Below, piece by piece: positions 36,038-46,328 of a DNA stretch of 64,000 nt. Within the stretch, counting starts at the first letter, position 1. Each line of letters begins with the position of its first letter. The notes beneath the pieces are model-generated. The model did no database searches and had not been told where the DNA came from. It saw only the letters and a list, made by a program, of their open reading frames with translations. Both the position numbers and the translations under genes were made by a program. Source of the stretch: a virus; IMG/VR virus record IMGVR_UViG_3300050821_005814, positions 32,001-96,000 of that record; one strand, 5' to 3'.

Positions 36038-37089
36038 GTAAGATTCCTGAATCTTATCGCGCCATGGATCGCATATGGTTGATCCAGAAGCATCCGTCCG
36101 ACGACAGGTATCGCGTCTGGACCTACGAAGACGATATCGACGGTCCAGCTAATGCTGTGCTGTTGAATGGCGCGACAAGTACATCGCTCGAGCAAGCAGG
36201 CGAAGACGTGCTGCACAATATGTATGGCGCTACCAAGCGCCAAGAACTTCGCTTGGAAGATGAGCTCAAGCTTGTCCGCAGGCTAAGCGGCGAGATTCGC
36301 ACAGCCATCGACAACCCGCGGATCATTGGGCGTTTCATGCGCTCTTTGGAAGCAACGGCTGAGCTCGAGAAGGAGCCGCGCTTTGATGAAGTAGAATGGA
36401 GTCTGCCACGGCAGACCGTACAAGCATTGGCGCAAGCCGAAGCGCAAAACATACTGTGCGCTTTGCCGCCTACTGCCTTGGTGTTTAGGCAGCACTCCGG
36501 TGCACTACTCAACGATATGGTACATGCATGGAACGCCACATTTTACAATGGGCGCCTATGGGACAAGCAGCAGGTGGATGCTGCCAGTCAAGCCATAGGG
36601 TTGCCGCAGGGGCGCTGGCGGTGCTGGATCAAAAACTGGAGCAATCCTGACATTGCTGAGCAACTGCGCACCTTCAAGTTCAAAGGTAAGCTGTACTGGT
36701 GCGCACGGGCATCAAAGCATGCAATCCCAGAGGGCTACGTTGAACAGTTTGAGCGTCCAACGCGCCCACGGACTAAAGACCGTTACCTGAACGGTATGGG
36801 TTTGGTGCGCGATGCCGCACAGCACCAATTAGATCTTATAGCACGAAACAAGATGCCTGAGCTGCATTTCAAGCTTGCGCCTAAGTTCAACCAGCGCCTC
36901 GCCGCCAAGATCGATATCTGCATGCAAAAGACATCTGGTGCTATACCTGCGAAGGTCATATGCGAAAGGGTCGGCGCGAGGTCACCTACCAACAAGCGCC
37001 GCGTATACAATATCCTCGCGCGCTTGGCCGGAGAAGGCTACATCCAACTTGGTAAGGATGGCTTCTATACCTTAGCGTCGCGCGCATGA
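36034..37089 (+). CDS. Hypothetical protein with C-terminal winged HTH
   Basis: 351 aa; VYNILARLAGEGYI. Confidence 0.7.
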   Translation: MSKIPESYRAMDRIWLIQKHPSDDRYRVWTYEDDIDGPANAVLLNGATSTSLEQAGEDVLHNMYGATKRQELRLEDELKLVRRLSGEIRTAIDNPRIIGRFMRSLEATAELEKEPRFDEVEWSLPRQTVQALAQAEAQNILCALPPTALVFRQHSGALLNDMVHAWNATFYNGRLWDKQQVDAASQAIGLPQGRWRCWIKNWSNPDIAEQLRTFKFKGKLYWCARASKHAIPEGYVEQFERPTRPRTKDRYLNGMGLVRDAAQHQLDLIARNKMPELHFKLAPKFNQRLAAKIDICMQKTSGAIPAKVICERVGARSPTNKRRVYNILARLAGEGYIQLGKDGFYTLASRA

Positions 37090-37478
37090 GCGACTGGATT
37101 CCACCCGAGACAGGCGGCAGCTTCGTTGCGCTGCCTGTCTCTGCTGTGCGCGATGCAGCACATGCAACGCTCACCAACATTGATCAGCATCGCACCGAGC
37201 TGCATGCGCAAGCGATTGAAGCGGCCCAAAGCGGCTGGTTCGGCAAGCGCTCAAAAGAACGAGCGGAACGACTGTATCGGCAGACGCGCCTACATCGTGC
37301 GAATAGCAACTGCTATTCAGAACACTACTCTGCCGCTGCGCAATTGTATGCACTGACAACCGCTGCGCTGCGATTGCAAGCTGATGATGAAATGATGGTG
37401 ACTGTGGCCGACTTCCGTATGATCGGCAGTGCGTGGCTCAAACTCCACGAACCAGCCAGTACCAGTAACAAGGAGTAG
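37086..37478 (+). CDS. Hypothetical protein
   Basis: 130 aa, ATGA-coupled. Confidence 0.65.
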   Translation: MSDWIPPETGGSFVALPVSAVRDAAHATLTNIDQHRTELHAQAIEAAQSGWFGKRSKERAERLYRQTRLHRANSNCYSEHYSAAAQLYALTTAALRLQADDEMMVTVADFRMIGSAWLKLHEPASTSNKE

Positions 37479-37482
37479 CATT

Positions 37483-38484
37483 GTGGCAAAGCGTGCGCGG
37501 GTTGCAGTCGAAGATGATGAGGTTCTCCAAGAAGCACCGCCGATCAAGGTCGCCGAACCACTGATCACTGCTTACCGCCCGCAGATGTGGGGGGAACTCA
37601 TTGGGCACGAGGAAGCGATCCCCAAGCTTCGCCGCACGATCCAATCAAACAGCCATGCACATGCATATTTGCTGGTCGGGCCGTCTGGCGTCGGGAAGAC
37701 AACGATTGCCCGCCTAATCGCACAGGAGTTCGAAGCTGAAGTGCTGGAAGTCGATGCTGCGACCTACAGCGGCAAAGACGAGATGAAGCAGCTCATCGAG
37801 ACCGGCCGCCACATGTCGCTATCAGGTGCAGGCAAGCGCCTCATACTCATGAACGAGGTGCAGCGGCTGTCAAAGGCTGCATGGGATGCGCTGCTGACAA
37901 CGCTCGAGGAACCCCCGCCGCATCTCTACTTCGCGCTGACGACGACTGAACCAGACAAGGTGCCGGATGCTGTCAACACACGCTCCTATCGCGTGCTGCT
38001 GCGATCTGTTGGACACAAGGACATTGAGACGCTCCTCGAGGCTGTCATAGCAGCCGAAGGGTGGGAAGTCGTTGACGATGTGTTTAATGCAATCGTCAAC
38101 GCGTCCAATGGTCAACCCCGCCTCGCGCTGTCAATCCTACAGTCGGCGTACGATGCTGAGTCAAGCGATGAGGTTACGCGCATTGCAGGGCTAATCGACC
38201 AGGACAACAGCCCGCTGATCGAGCTCTGCCAGTTCCTGATTGCAGGCAAGACGAACTGGGAACTCATTCAGCGCATGCTGCAACGCGTCAATGACGATGA
38301 CTACCAGCCCGGCCTGACGATATGCGGGCGTTACATCGCAGCCGTTGCTATCAAGTCCGAGAACGCATCGACTGCACAACGCGCGCTGTCGCTCATCGAG
38401 GCATTCGCGGCGCCAGCAGCGACATTCGACCCCAAGGTGCAGTTCCTCGCAGCAATCAGCCGCTATGTATGGAGTATGAAATGA
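37483..38484 (+). CDS. Clamp loader AAA+ subunit (DnaX/RFC-like)
   Basis: YRPQMWGELIGH, GPSGVGKTT, LMNEVQRLS, LLTTLEEPP. Confidence 0.9.
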   Translation: MAKRARVAVEDDEVLQEAPPIKVAEPLITAYRPQMWGELIGHEEAIPKLRRTIQSNSHAHAYLLVGPSGVGKTTIARLIAQEFEAEVLEVDAATYSGKDEMKQLIETGRHMSLSGAGKRLILMNEVQRLSKAAWDALLTTLEEPPPHLYFALTTTEPDKVPDAVNTRSYRVLLRSVGHKDIETLLEAVIAAEGWEVVDDVFNAIVNASNGQPRLALSILQSAYDAESSDEVTRIAGLIDQDNSPLIELCQFLIAGKTNWELIQRMLQRVNDDDYQPGLTICGRYIAAVAIKSENASTAQRALSLIEAFAAPAATFDPKVQFLAAISRYVWSMK

Positions 38485-38996
38485 CGCGCGAACAAAAGGT
38501 CATCTTTGACCGACTCAAGGCACGCCTGACTGTCAGTACGTTGCATCTCGAAGAAGACCTCATAGAGCTGCCAATGTTCGTCATGGAGATCGGCGAACAC
38601 CATGCGGATGCAATCAAGGAGCATGGCGCGGCTGAACACGAACTCGAGATCGTCGAGGCTGATGTCGCTGACCTGCTGCGCCGCAAGCCAATTCCCGCTC
38701 CTACCAAAGCGAGCGGCGACACAGCGACAAAGACGCGTTCTGAAGCGCAGATCAAAGCAGAGTTACCGCTGCATGAGAAGGTGATTGACGCAGCCACTGC
38801 TGTCGCTAACGCGGCGCATGACGTCGCATTGTGGCGCGCATTGCAGGATGCATCGCGCACAAAAGATCGGGCAGTACATCGGGTAGCTGAGCTTGTCATA
38901 ACTGGCTACCTCACAAAGGACACGGTATATAAGGAGGGACGGCGCAATTTGAATGAAGCGCGTCAGCGCAGGACAAGGGAACGAGAGGCAACGTGA
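38481..38996 (+). CDS. UvsY-like recombination mediator (putative)
   Basis: Helical protein with SEAQIKA motif, upstream of SSB and RecA. Confidence 0.5.
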   Translation: MTREQKVIFDRLKARLTVSTLHLEEDLIELPMFVMEIGEHHADAIKEHGAAEHELEIVEADVADLLRRKPIPAPTKASGDTATKTRSEAQIKAELPLHEKVIDAATAVANAAHDVALWRALQDASRTKDRAVHRVAELVITGYLTKDTVYKEGRRNLNEARQRRTREREAT

Positions 38997-39151
38997 TCTC
39001 AATCGCAACCGTCAGCGCGGTGCTAGCAGCAGTCCTTGTTGGGCTGCTGCTTGTCTACCTGGCGTTTCGGCTTGCGGGGGCCGCTTGGTACCGCTCCAAG
39101 CAAGAGTTCAGTAACCCAGGTACCGTGACGACGACCAACAACGAGGAGTAG
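38993..39151 (+). CDS. Small membrane protein
   Basis: Read manually: MISIATVSAVLAAVLVGLLLVYLAFRLAGAAWYRSK... Confidence 0.55.
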   Translation: MISIATVSAVLAAVLVGLLLVYLAFRLAGAAWYRSKQEFSNPGTVTTTNNEE

Positions 39152-39154
39152 ACT

Positions 39155-40465
39155 ATGCCATACCGTTATCAGGAACGTTCAAAGCAGGATTGGGACAAGC
39201 GTCGCAATCAAAAGGTCGGCGGGGACTTCCAAGGCGTCATCCTCAGCGACTTCCCAGTCTACAAGGTGCGTGACGGCGCCAACAATGTCCGCATCTTCCC
39301 GCCGACATGGGATGCGCCCGACCACTATGGCATGGACGTCTTCATTCACAACAACGTCGGCCCTGGTCGCGCTGTCGTGCTTTGCCTGCGCAGCCACAAA
39401 AATCGCAAATGCCCGCTATGTGAAGCGCAGGTCGCGGCGGACAAGGACGGCGACGAAGAGTCCGCAAAGGCGCTGAAGGTCAATCGCCGTGTGCTCGTCT
39501 GGATCCTCGATCGCGATGACGAAGCAAAGGGACCGCAGCTTTGGGCGATGCCGGCCAGTCTGGACAAGGACATCACCAAGGCGACTGAAGACCGACAGAC
39601 GCATGCGACTCTCAACATCGACGACCCAGTCGAGGGACATGATGTCTACTTCGACAAGGAGGGCAGTCGCCTGACGACGAAGTACAACGGCGTGCAGGTT
39701 GCACGACGACCGTCAAAGGTTGCCGGCAAGTGGATGGAATATGTCGTCAAGAACCCGCTCGATACTGTTCTGCGTTGGCGCAACTACACGGAAATGCTCG
39801 CGCTATATGAGGGCGGCACAGCGGACGATGACGACAAGGACGATGATCGTCCAGCGCGCGGACGTTCTCGCGACGATGATGACGATGATCGCAGACCAGC
39901 GCGTAACAGGTCACGCGACGACGATGATGCCCCACCAGCGCGTCGTCGGCGGGATGATGATGACGACGATGATCGTCCACGCAGACCGCGGCGCGAAGAC
40001 GATGATGACGATGCGCGGTCCGCTCGTCGACGCGAGGAAGACGATGAGCCGCCTCGTCGCACTCGCCGTGACGATGACGATGATGCAGACGACCGCAGAC
40101 CAACAACAGCCCGTCGCAGTCGGCGTGAAGACGATGATGACGCGCCTGCGCCGCGCAGGACGACACGCGAGAAGCTGGATAAGGAGGACGACGATCCGCC
40201 CCCAAGGTCTTCCCGCCGCAACAAGGACCTGGACGATGATGATGTCCCCTGGGATCGGTTGGAGGGGAAGGAACGCGGGAAGGGGAATGGGAAGGACGAT
40301 CCGGACGAGGATCGCGCGAGCTCCAGGCGCTCCCGGGACGCGGATGACGAGGATCGTCCCCGTCGTAGCAGGGGAGAGGATGACGACCCCCCTGCAAGGC
40401 GCTCTGGGAGCTCCCGCGCGGAGGAGCTTAGCCGCGCCTTCAAAGAGCGTAACCGGCGCGACTGA
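39155..40465 (+). CDS. Single-stranded DNA-binding protein (gp32-like) with long Asp/Arg tail
   Basis: NNVRIFPP, H...C...CPLC Zn site, IDDPVEGHD; about 210 aa low-complexity C-terminus. Confidence 0.8.
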   Translation: MPYRYQERSKQDWDKRRNQKVGGDFQGVILSDFPVYKVRDGANNVRIFPPTWDAPDHYGMDVFIHNNVGPGRAVVLCLRSHKNRKCPLCEAQVAADKDGDEESAKALKVNRRVLVWILDRDDEAKGPQLWAMPASLDKDITKATEDRQTHATLNIDDPVEGHDVYFDKEGSRLTTKYNGVQVARRPSKVAGKWMEYVVKNPLDTVLRWRNYTEMLALYEGGTADDDDKDDDRPARGRSRDDDDDDRRPARNRSRDDDDAPPARRRRDDDDDDDRPRRPRREDDDDDARSARRREEDDEPPRRTRRDDDDDADDRRPTTARRSRREDDDDAPAPRRTTREKLDKEDDDPPPRSSRRNKDLDDDDVPWDRLEGKERGKGNGKDDPDEDRASSRRSRDADDEDRPRRSRGEDDDPPARRSGSSRAEELSRAFKERNRRD

Positions 40466-41463
40466 TGCAGCGCGTATCCCTCGGTAGTGAGGAGAAGGAG
40501 TCGCCCCGCAAGGCGGCTCCTGACTTCTATGTCAGCTCCGGCTCAACCCTCCTAGACCTCGTCCTGGGTGGGGGATGGCCGCGCGGACGCATCATGAACA
40601 TAGTTGGAGATCGTTCAGTCGGTAAGACGGGGTTGGCAATTGAAGCGTGCGCTAACTTTGCGCGCGTCGGTAGTTCCAAATGCTGCCGCTATGGCGAGGC
40701 TGAGTCTGCATTTGATGATGCCTATGCAGAGATGCTTGGCATGCCAAAGGGTATCACGCGTCCGACTGATCCGCTTGAGACAGTCGAGCAATTCCATGAT
40801 GACCTCGATGCATTCCTCAAGAAGGGTATCAAGGTCAAGCCGCTGTTCTATGTGCTGGACTCACTTGATGCGCTATCAGACGCAGCGGAGATGGATCGCG
40901 GCATGGAAGAGGCGACCTATGGTCAGGACAAAGCGAAGCAGCTATCCAAGCTGTTCCGCAAGCTGACGAGCCGCCTCGAACACGAAGACTGCTCACTCTT
41001 TGTCATCAGCCAGGTGCGCGACAACATCGGCGTCAAGTTCGGCCCGAAGACCAAGCGGTCTGGCGGCAAAGCGCTGGACTTCTATGCGTCGCAGATACTC
41101 TGGCTAAGTCAGCTACGCCAACTAAAGCGCACAGTGCGCGGCGTTGAGCGCACCTATGGGATTGAGGTGCGCGTGCGGGCGACGAAGAACAAAGTCGGAC
41201 TGCCGTTCCGCGAGGCTGACATCCAGCTCATATTCAACTACGGCATCGACGATGAAATGTCCATGATCGAGTATCTGAAGAAGTACAAAGCATGGACAGG
41301 CGCTGACAAATTGGAGAGCGTGCAGCGTGCTATCGTCAAGGCGCGTGAGGCGCAGGACCGCGAGCATGTCGATCATTTGCGCGAACTGCTCGCTGAGGAT
41401 GTCATCTCACACTGGATGGGTATCGAGGCGCAGATCGAACCCCCCATGCGAAAGTATGCATAG
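40465..41463 (+). CDS. recA: RecA/UvsX recombinase
   Basis: SSGSTLLDLVLGGGWPRGR, GDRSVGKT, SGGKALDFYAS, KNKVGLPF. Confidence 0.95.
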   Translation: MQRVSLGSEEKESPRKAAPDFYVSSGSTLLDLVLGGGWPRGRIMNIVGDRSVGKTGLAIEACANFARVGSSKCCRYGEAESAFDDAYAEMLGMPKGITRPTDPLETVEQFHDDLDAFLKKGIKVKPLFYVLDSLDALSDAAEMDRGMEEATYGQDKAKQLSKLFRKLTSRLEHEDCSLFVISQVRDNIGVKFGPKTKRSGGKALDFYASQILWLSQLRQLKRTVRGVERTYGIEVRVRATKNKVGLPFREADIQLIFNYGIDDEMSMIEYLKKYKAWTGADKLESVQRAIVKAREAQDREHVDHLRELLAEDVISHWMGIEAQIEPPMRKYA

Positions 41464-41748
41464 GTGTCAACGCATCCCCCTGCATTCTTCCGTGATCTGC
41501 TGCGTGACTATCGCATGAAGCGCGTGCGCATGTGGTTTGTCACGTTCGAAGGTGACAACTCCCCTCCCGGCGGTCGCGATAGCGTCAAAGCCGTTGACTG
41601 TAGTTGTGAAGGGTGCCGCATGCAGAATGCAGCGCATCTCATTCGTGCAGCGCTTGATCTGGCGGGGGAACGGTTTGAAGAGTGCATGGCAAGCGCCAAG
41701 CAAAGCTACCAGATGGACAACGCTCAACGACCTGATCGCTTAAACTGA
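41464..41748 (+). CDS. Hypothetical protein
   Basis: 94 aa, CSCEGC. Confidence 0.55.
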   Translation: MSTHPPAFFRDLLRDYRMKRVRMWFVTFEGDNSPPGGRDSVKAVDCSCEGCRMQNAAHLIRAALDLAGERFEECMASAKQSYQMDNAQRPDRLN

Positions 41749-41771
41749 CTACCAGAACCAAGGGGAATACC

Positions 41772-44471
41772 GTGGCTGATTTCGACCTCGAGGCATTTCG
41801 CGCCGAAGTACTGTCTGACCCACTGGTGCAAAACGTATGGGAGAACAAGTACCGCTGGAAGTCACTCGACGGTAGCAGCGAAGCAAGTATCGCTGCATCG
41901 CAGACGCGCGTGATCAACGCGGTCTACGCTAATGACCCAAGCAACAACGCACGCGTTGACGCATTCCTTGCGCTACAGCAGGGGTACTTTCTCCCTGGCG
42001 GCCGCATCAACGCAGGCGCAGGTACCAGTCGGCGCGTGACGCTACTGAACTGCTATGTCGGGGAAACGATCCAAGACTCCATGCAGGGCATTCAGCGCGC
42101 AATCATGCGTGCTGCATTCACGCTGCAACAAGGCGGCGGGATTGGGCATGACTTCTCAACGCTCCGCCCAGCAGGCGCTATAGTCCGGCGGACGGGATCA
42201 GTCGCGTCTGGCCCCATCCCTTACATGGACCAAATGTCCGCGATGTCTGAGACCGTGTGTTCGGCTGGCGAACGGCGCGGCGCAATGATGATGACGCTTG
42301 CCGACTGGCACCCTGATCTCTGGCATGAGAATCAGTTCGAGACGTTCAACGACTACAACGGGCGCCCCAAGCTATTCAACCCTAGTTTCATCAGCGTCAA
42401 GCGGCAGCAGGGACGACTGACGCAGACGAACATCTCAGTACTCGTGTCAGACTCATTCATGCAGGCCGTCCACAGAGGTGATCATTGGGACATGGGGCAT
42501 TGGGTGCCGCGCGCCGACGGTAAGCATGTCGACGTGTATGAGCGGCGGTTCCCCTACGACGAACTCGAGCTTGACAACGATCTGCATCCTGTGCACGGCG
42601 CAAAGCTCAAGAAGCAAGGCGAGATGCATCCCTTCTATGTCTACCAGCGTGTGCCTGCGCAGCGCATTTGGCATGACATCATGGAAGCGACCTACAAGTA
42701 CGCAGAGCCTGGCGTCCTCTACATCGACAAAATTAATGCCCGCAACAACCTGAGCTACTGCGAAGACATAGTCGCAACCAACCCTTGCGGCGAACAGCCG
42801 CTCCCGCCATTCGGGTGCTGCTGCTTAGGGTCTGTCAATGCCGCATTTATGGTGCTGGACCCATTCACTGAGAATGCACGCTTTGACTGGAATACGTTTC
42901 ACGGTGTAACGGGTATCGGCGTCCGCTTCCTCGACAATGTGCTGGATATCGCGACCTATCCGCTCGAACAGCAGCAGCGTGAGTCGATGAACAAGCGGCG
43001 CATTGGTCTTGGTCTGACTGGCGTCGCTGATGCTTGCGCGCAACTGCGCCTGCGCTACGGTAGCTGGGATGCTATCGACTTCATGCGGCAGCTATCCCAT
43101 CGCTTGCGCGAGTCATCCTATATCACATCAGCGAAGCTTGCTTCTGAGCGCAGCCCGTTCCCGCTGTACAACCGGGACGACTTCATGAAGTCGCCGAATG
43201 TGCAAGCACTTGAGTCAAGCACGCGCGCACTCATTGAGAAGCATGGCATCCGCAATGGCGTGCTCAACACAGTCGCGCCTAATGGGACGATCTCGACCTA
43301 CAGCGGCAACACGGGGCAAGGCATTGAACCCGTCTACGCATTCGGCGGATACAATCGCAAGGTGCGCCAACCTGATGGCAAGCTCATCGACTATAAGGTG
43401 CTGAACTATGCTGAGCGCATGTACGCTGCGAAGTTTCCCAACCATACAACGCCCGCCTACTTCGTTGGCGCAGAGCAGCTCACGCCGAGCGAACACATTC
43501 GCATGCAGGCTGCCTGTCAGGAGGGTATCGATGCCAGCATCTCGAAGACCGTCAACTGCCCAACATCGCTCTCCTTCGCGGACTTTGTCAACGTCTACAT
43601 GGAAGCCTATCAGCTCGACTGCAAAGGCTGCACGACCTACCGTCCTGACCCCGATTCAGGCCGCGGTTCGGTACTCTCTATTGACACACCGTCTGGTGAT
43701 CACGTAGTCGTAGAGAGGCTTCTGCAAGATGCCAATATCATAGGTGTAGCTGGAGCTTTCAATTCTGAAGCAATCAAGGCAACAGTCGATGCGTTGGAGG
43801 CAGTCATTCAAAACGACTTGCGGGAGACTACCTACCCAGTAGCGCCGCGCGCTAGCGTGCTTGCAGGACATACTTACAAGCTGAAATGGCCAACGACCGG
43901 CGCCAATTGGTACATCACCATCAACCATGACGAAGACAACTACCCGTCGGAGGTCTTCATCGTTGGCAGCGGGGAGAAGGCTGCTGAGAGCACTGAATGG
44001 ATCCAAGCTACCAGCCGCTTGCTGACTGCTGTCCTGCGGCGAGGGGGTGATATCAAGTTCCTCGTCAACGAACTCGCTGCGATATGCTCATCAAGCGGCG
44101 GGGCCTTCATCAAGGAGCAGCACAAGCACCGCCCCTCAATCGTTGCAGCGATTGGCGGCATCCTTGAGACCGAGTTCCGTGAGCTTGGGTTGTTTAGTCT
44201 GCCTGAATCAGTATCTGAACCCGAGCCTGGCGGCCGTACAGTAAGCGTCCCGACTCAAGGCGATGGCGGCACATCAGCGTTCGTTGCTCCGCGCACAGTC
44301 GGTGTTACGATCTATGCAGGCGGCGTTGGAGGGAATGGCGGAGGCAACGCGTCAGCGTTTGCGCCTGGCATCGTTGGAGTAGACACCTGCCCGCAATGCT
44401 ACTCAACGCCACTCGTCCATGAGCAGGGATGCCTGCGCTGCCTCAATTGCGACTGGAATAAGTGCGGCTGA
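41772..44471 (+). CDS. nrdJ: Class II (B12-dependent) ribonucleotide reductase with TSCPD and Zn ribbon
   Basis: LPGGRI, NCY, EPG, TNPCGEQ, CCLGS, GIRN, APNGTIS, SKTVN, KGCTTYR, CPQC...GC..C..C..KCG. Confidence 0.95.
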   Translation: MADFDLEAFRAEVLSDPLVQNVWENKYRWKSLDGSSEASIAASQTRVINAVYANDPSNNARVDAFLALQQGYFLPGGRINAGAGTSRRVTLLNCYVGETIQDSMQGIQRAIMRAAFTLQQGGGIGHDFSTLRPAGAIVRRTGSVASGPIPYMDQMSAMSETVCSAGERRGAMMMTLADWHPDLWHENQFETFNDYNGRPKLFNPSFISVKRQQGRLTQTNISVLVSDSFMQAVHRGDHWDMGHWVPRADGKHVDVYERRFPYDELELDNDLHPVHGAKLKKQGEMHPFYVYQRVPAQRIWHDIMEATYKYAEPGVLYIDKINARNNLSYCEDIVATNPCGEQPLPPFGCCCLGSVNAAFMVLDPFTENARFDWNTFHGVTGIGVRFLDNVLDIATYPLEQQQRESMNKRRIGLGLTGVADACAQLRLRYGSWDAIDFMRQLSHRLRESSYITSAKLASERSPFPLYNRDDFMKSPNVQALESSTRALIEKHGIRNGVLNTVAPNGTISTYSGNTGQGIEPVYAFGGYNRKVRQPDGKLIDYKVLNYAERMYAAKFPNHTTPAYFVGAEQLTPSEHIRMQAACQEGIDASISKTVNCPTSLSFADFVNVYMEAYQLDCKGCTTYRPDPDSGRGSVLSIDTPSGDHVVVERLLQDANIIGVAGAFNSEAIKATVDALEAVIQNDLRETTYPVAPRASVLAGHTYKLKWPTTGANWYITINHDEDNYPSEVFIVGSGEKAAESTEWIQATSRLLTAVLRRGGDIKFLVNELAAICSSSGGAFIKEQHKHRPSIVAAIGGILETEFRELGLFSLPESVSEPEPGGRTVSVPTQGDGGTSAFVAPRTVGVTIYAGGVGGNGGGNASAFAPGIVGVDTCPQCYSTPLVHEQGCLRCLNCDWNKCG

Positions 44472-44485
44472 AGGGGAGACACTAA

Positions 44486-45397
44486 ATGACCATCACGGCC
44501 AAAGTCATATGCGACAGCATAGCAGAGTGGGGTAACAGCATAGCAGAGTGGGGTATCCGCCTGACAACGATGCAGCTTCGCTATCCGAAGTTTATCCATG
44601 GCGAGTTCATGACGCACCGCAAGTTCAGCCGCAACGCGTCATCATCGCGTGCTATCCCAGTCAAGCGCCTCATTCAAGATGTAATCTCAGATCCTGCGAT
44701 CCCCATATACTGGGGTAAGAACATGCCAGGCATGCAGGCCATCGAAGAATTCACAGACAATGAACGCGATGCTATGATCGAATGGTGGCTCGAACTTCGC
44801 GACATGGCCGTCAAGCAAGCTTCGATGATGAGCCGCAATGGGCTGCATAAGCAGCTAGTCAACCGCATGATTGAGCCCTGGTGCCATATCAACGTTGTAG
44901 TCACGTCGACCGAGTGGGCCAACTTTGATGCGCTGCGCTGCCATCCCGCTGCTCAACCCGAAATGCGCGCACTCGCTGAAGCTATGCGGGATGCGCGCAA
45001 AGCAAGCAATCCAAGGTTCCTCAAACCGGGTGAATGGCATCTACCTTATGTGACTGACGATGAACTAAACGCGCTGGGGGGATACACGGCTGGTCAGCCA
45101 GACCATAAAGATTGGCTCACCTTCATCAAGGCATCCGTGGCGCGCTGCGCTCGCGTGAGTTACTTGACGCAAGAAGGTAGAACGCCAACCTTTGGTGAAG
45201 ACCTCGCGCTATATGATCGGTTGGTCGGCAGCGAGCCATTGCATGCATCACCTGCAGAGCATCAAGCAACGCCTGATACTCGCATGTCCGACGGCTTCCG
45301 AACTGATCTATGGCGTCATCAAGAGCAGCATGCCAACTTCGTTGGCTGGCGGCAGTATCGTAAGATGCTGCCTAATGAGTATGTAGGAGATCGCTAA
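44486..45397 (+). CDS. thyX: Flavin-dependent thymidylate synthase
   Basis: EFMTHRKFSRNASSSRAIP, HKQLVNR, LRCHPAAQPE, HASPAEHQA. Confidence 0.9.
   Translation: MTITAKVICDSIAEWGNSIAEWGIRLTTMQLRYPKFIHGEFMTHRKFSRNASSSRAIPVKRLIQDVISDPAIPIYWGKNMPGMQAIEEFTDNERDAMIEWWLELRDMAVKQASMMSRNGLHKQLVNRMIEPWCHINVVVTSTEWANFDALRCHPAAQPEMRALAEAMRDARKASNPRFLKPGEWHLPYVTDDELNALGGYTAGQPDHKDWLTFIKASVARCARVSYLTQEGRTPTFGEDLALYDRLVGSEPLHASPAEHQATPDTRMSDGFRTDLWRHQEQHANFVGWRQYRKMLPNEYVGDR
44514..44555 (+). repeat. Perfect 21-bp tandem duplication in the thyX 5' end
   Basis: ACAGCATAGCAGAGTGGGGTA x2. Confidence 0.95.
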
Positions 45398-45398
45398 C

Positions 45399-45884
45399 AT
45401 GGACCTCGAGCCTGGCTACTACTGGGTGCAGTCAATCAATCCTGAGTACCCCGGGATTCACATTGCTGAGTGGCACGAACGCGGCTACTGGTATGACATG
45501 GGGGTTGAGGGGCATACAAGCTTCGGGGAGTACTGTGTCATGTCCCCGCGCTTGACTGACCCGACTGGCATCAACACATTCATTGCTGCTGATGGTACTG
45601 TCCGCCAAAGCTACTACGGCGACGGCAAGCAACCCTGGGATATCATAGTCGAACAGGGTTGGGGCATGTACTTTGCGGCGAGCAATGTGCTCAAGTACAT
45701 CCGCCGCAAGAAGGATGGGGCGAAGGATCTCGAGAAGGCGCGCTGGTATTTCAATGCACTGCGCGAAATCGTCCGCGGTCCCCATCTCCGCACCGATCAC
45801 TACCTGGACTCACTCGCTTGCATGGAACGCTTGCGCCACCTTCTCACAGATGGCGAGAAGGCGGACCTCCTGTGGTTGCAATAA
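45399..45884 (+). CDS. DUF3310-like protein
   Basis: YY...QPWDII...F...NVLKYIRR.K...DLEKARWY. Confidence 0.75.
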   Translation: MDLEPGYYWVQSINPEYPGIHIAEWHERGYWYDMGVEGHTSFGEYCVMSPRLTDPTGINTFIAADGTVRQSYYGDGKQPWDIIVEQGWGMYFAASNVLKYIRRKKDGAKDLEKARWYFNALREIVRGPHLRTDHYLDSLACMERLRHLLTDGEKADLLWLQ

Positions 45885-46126
45885 TCGCGCTCAACAGCAA
45901 GAACCGCCGCAACGCGCTTGAGCGTGATCGGCTTGCGCGCACCTATATGGCGGGTGTGCAGCGCATGCCTATCCCCGAGCTACAAGCAGCGCGGGCAGCA
46001 GCGGAGGTTGATGCTGACATCCCGCCATCGGTGAAGGCGCTGGTCTTGGAACGCTTCGACGAACTGATCATGGAGAGAGATAATGAAGCGCGTCGCGCTC
46101 AAGCCGCAGCGCGCAAGCCTGTTTGA
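45872..46126 (+). CDS. Hypothetical protein
   Basis: GTG start inferred; coupled. Confidence 0.5.
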   Translation: MVAIIALNSKNRRNALERDRLARTYMAGVQRMPIPELQAARAAAEVDADIPPSVKALVLERFDELIMERDNEARRAQAAARKPV

Positions 46127-46328
46127 AGAACAGCTTGACGCAGCGCGGGATGCGCCAAAGACAGACCGCATGCGAATGCTCGTCGATGTCTTCTCGCATG
46201 TCTCCTACATCGGTGGTCAGATTGCACTCATGATTGAGAGCCGACGCGGGTTGACGATGACTGCTGTTGACGAGTTCGATGCGCGCTTGGCGAAAGCGCG
46301 CGAGATACTCAAGAAGGTCAAGCAATGA
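46083..46328 (+). CDS. Hypothetical protein
   Basis: 81 aa, GGAG SD. Confidence 0.6.
   Translation: MKRVALKPQRASLFEEQLDAARDAPKTDRMRMLVDVFSHVSYIGGQIALMIESRRGLTMTAVDEFDARLAKAREILKKVKQ

Noticed and set aside
39699-40487. Long alternative-frame and antisense ORFs over the SSB tail, and similar shadow ORFs throughout
   Set aside because: These are by-products of low-complexity, GC-rich coding sequence; they have no RBS or recognisable motifs.
42300-42660. Possible intein or intron in nrdJ
   Set aside because: The insertions are short and in frame, and lack intein C/S...HN ends or endonuclease motifs.
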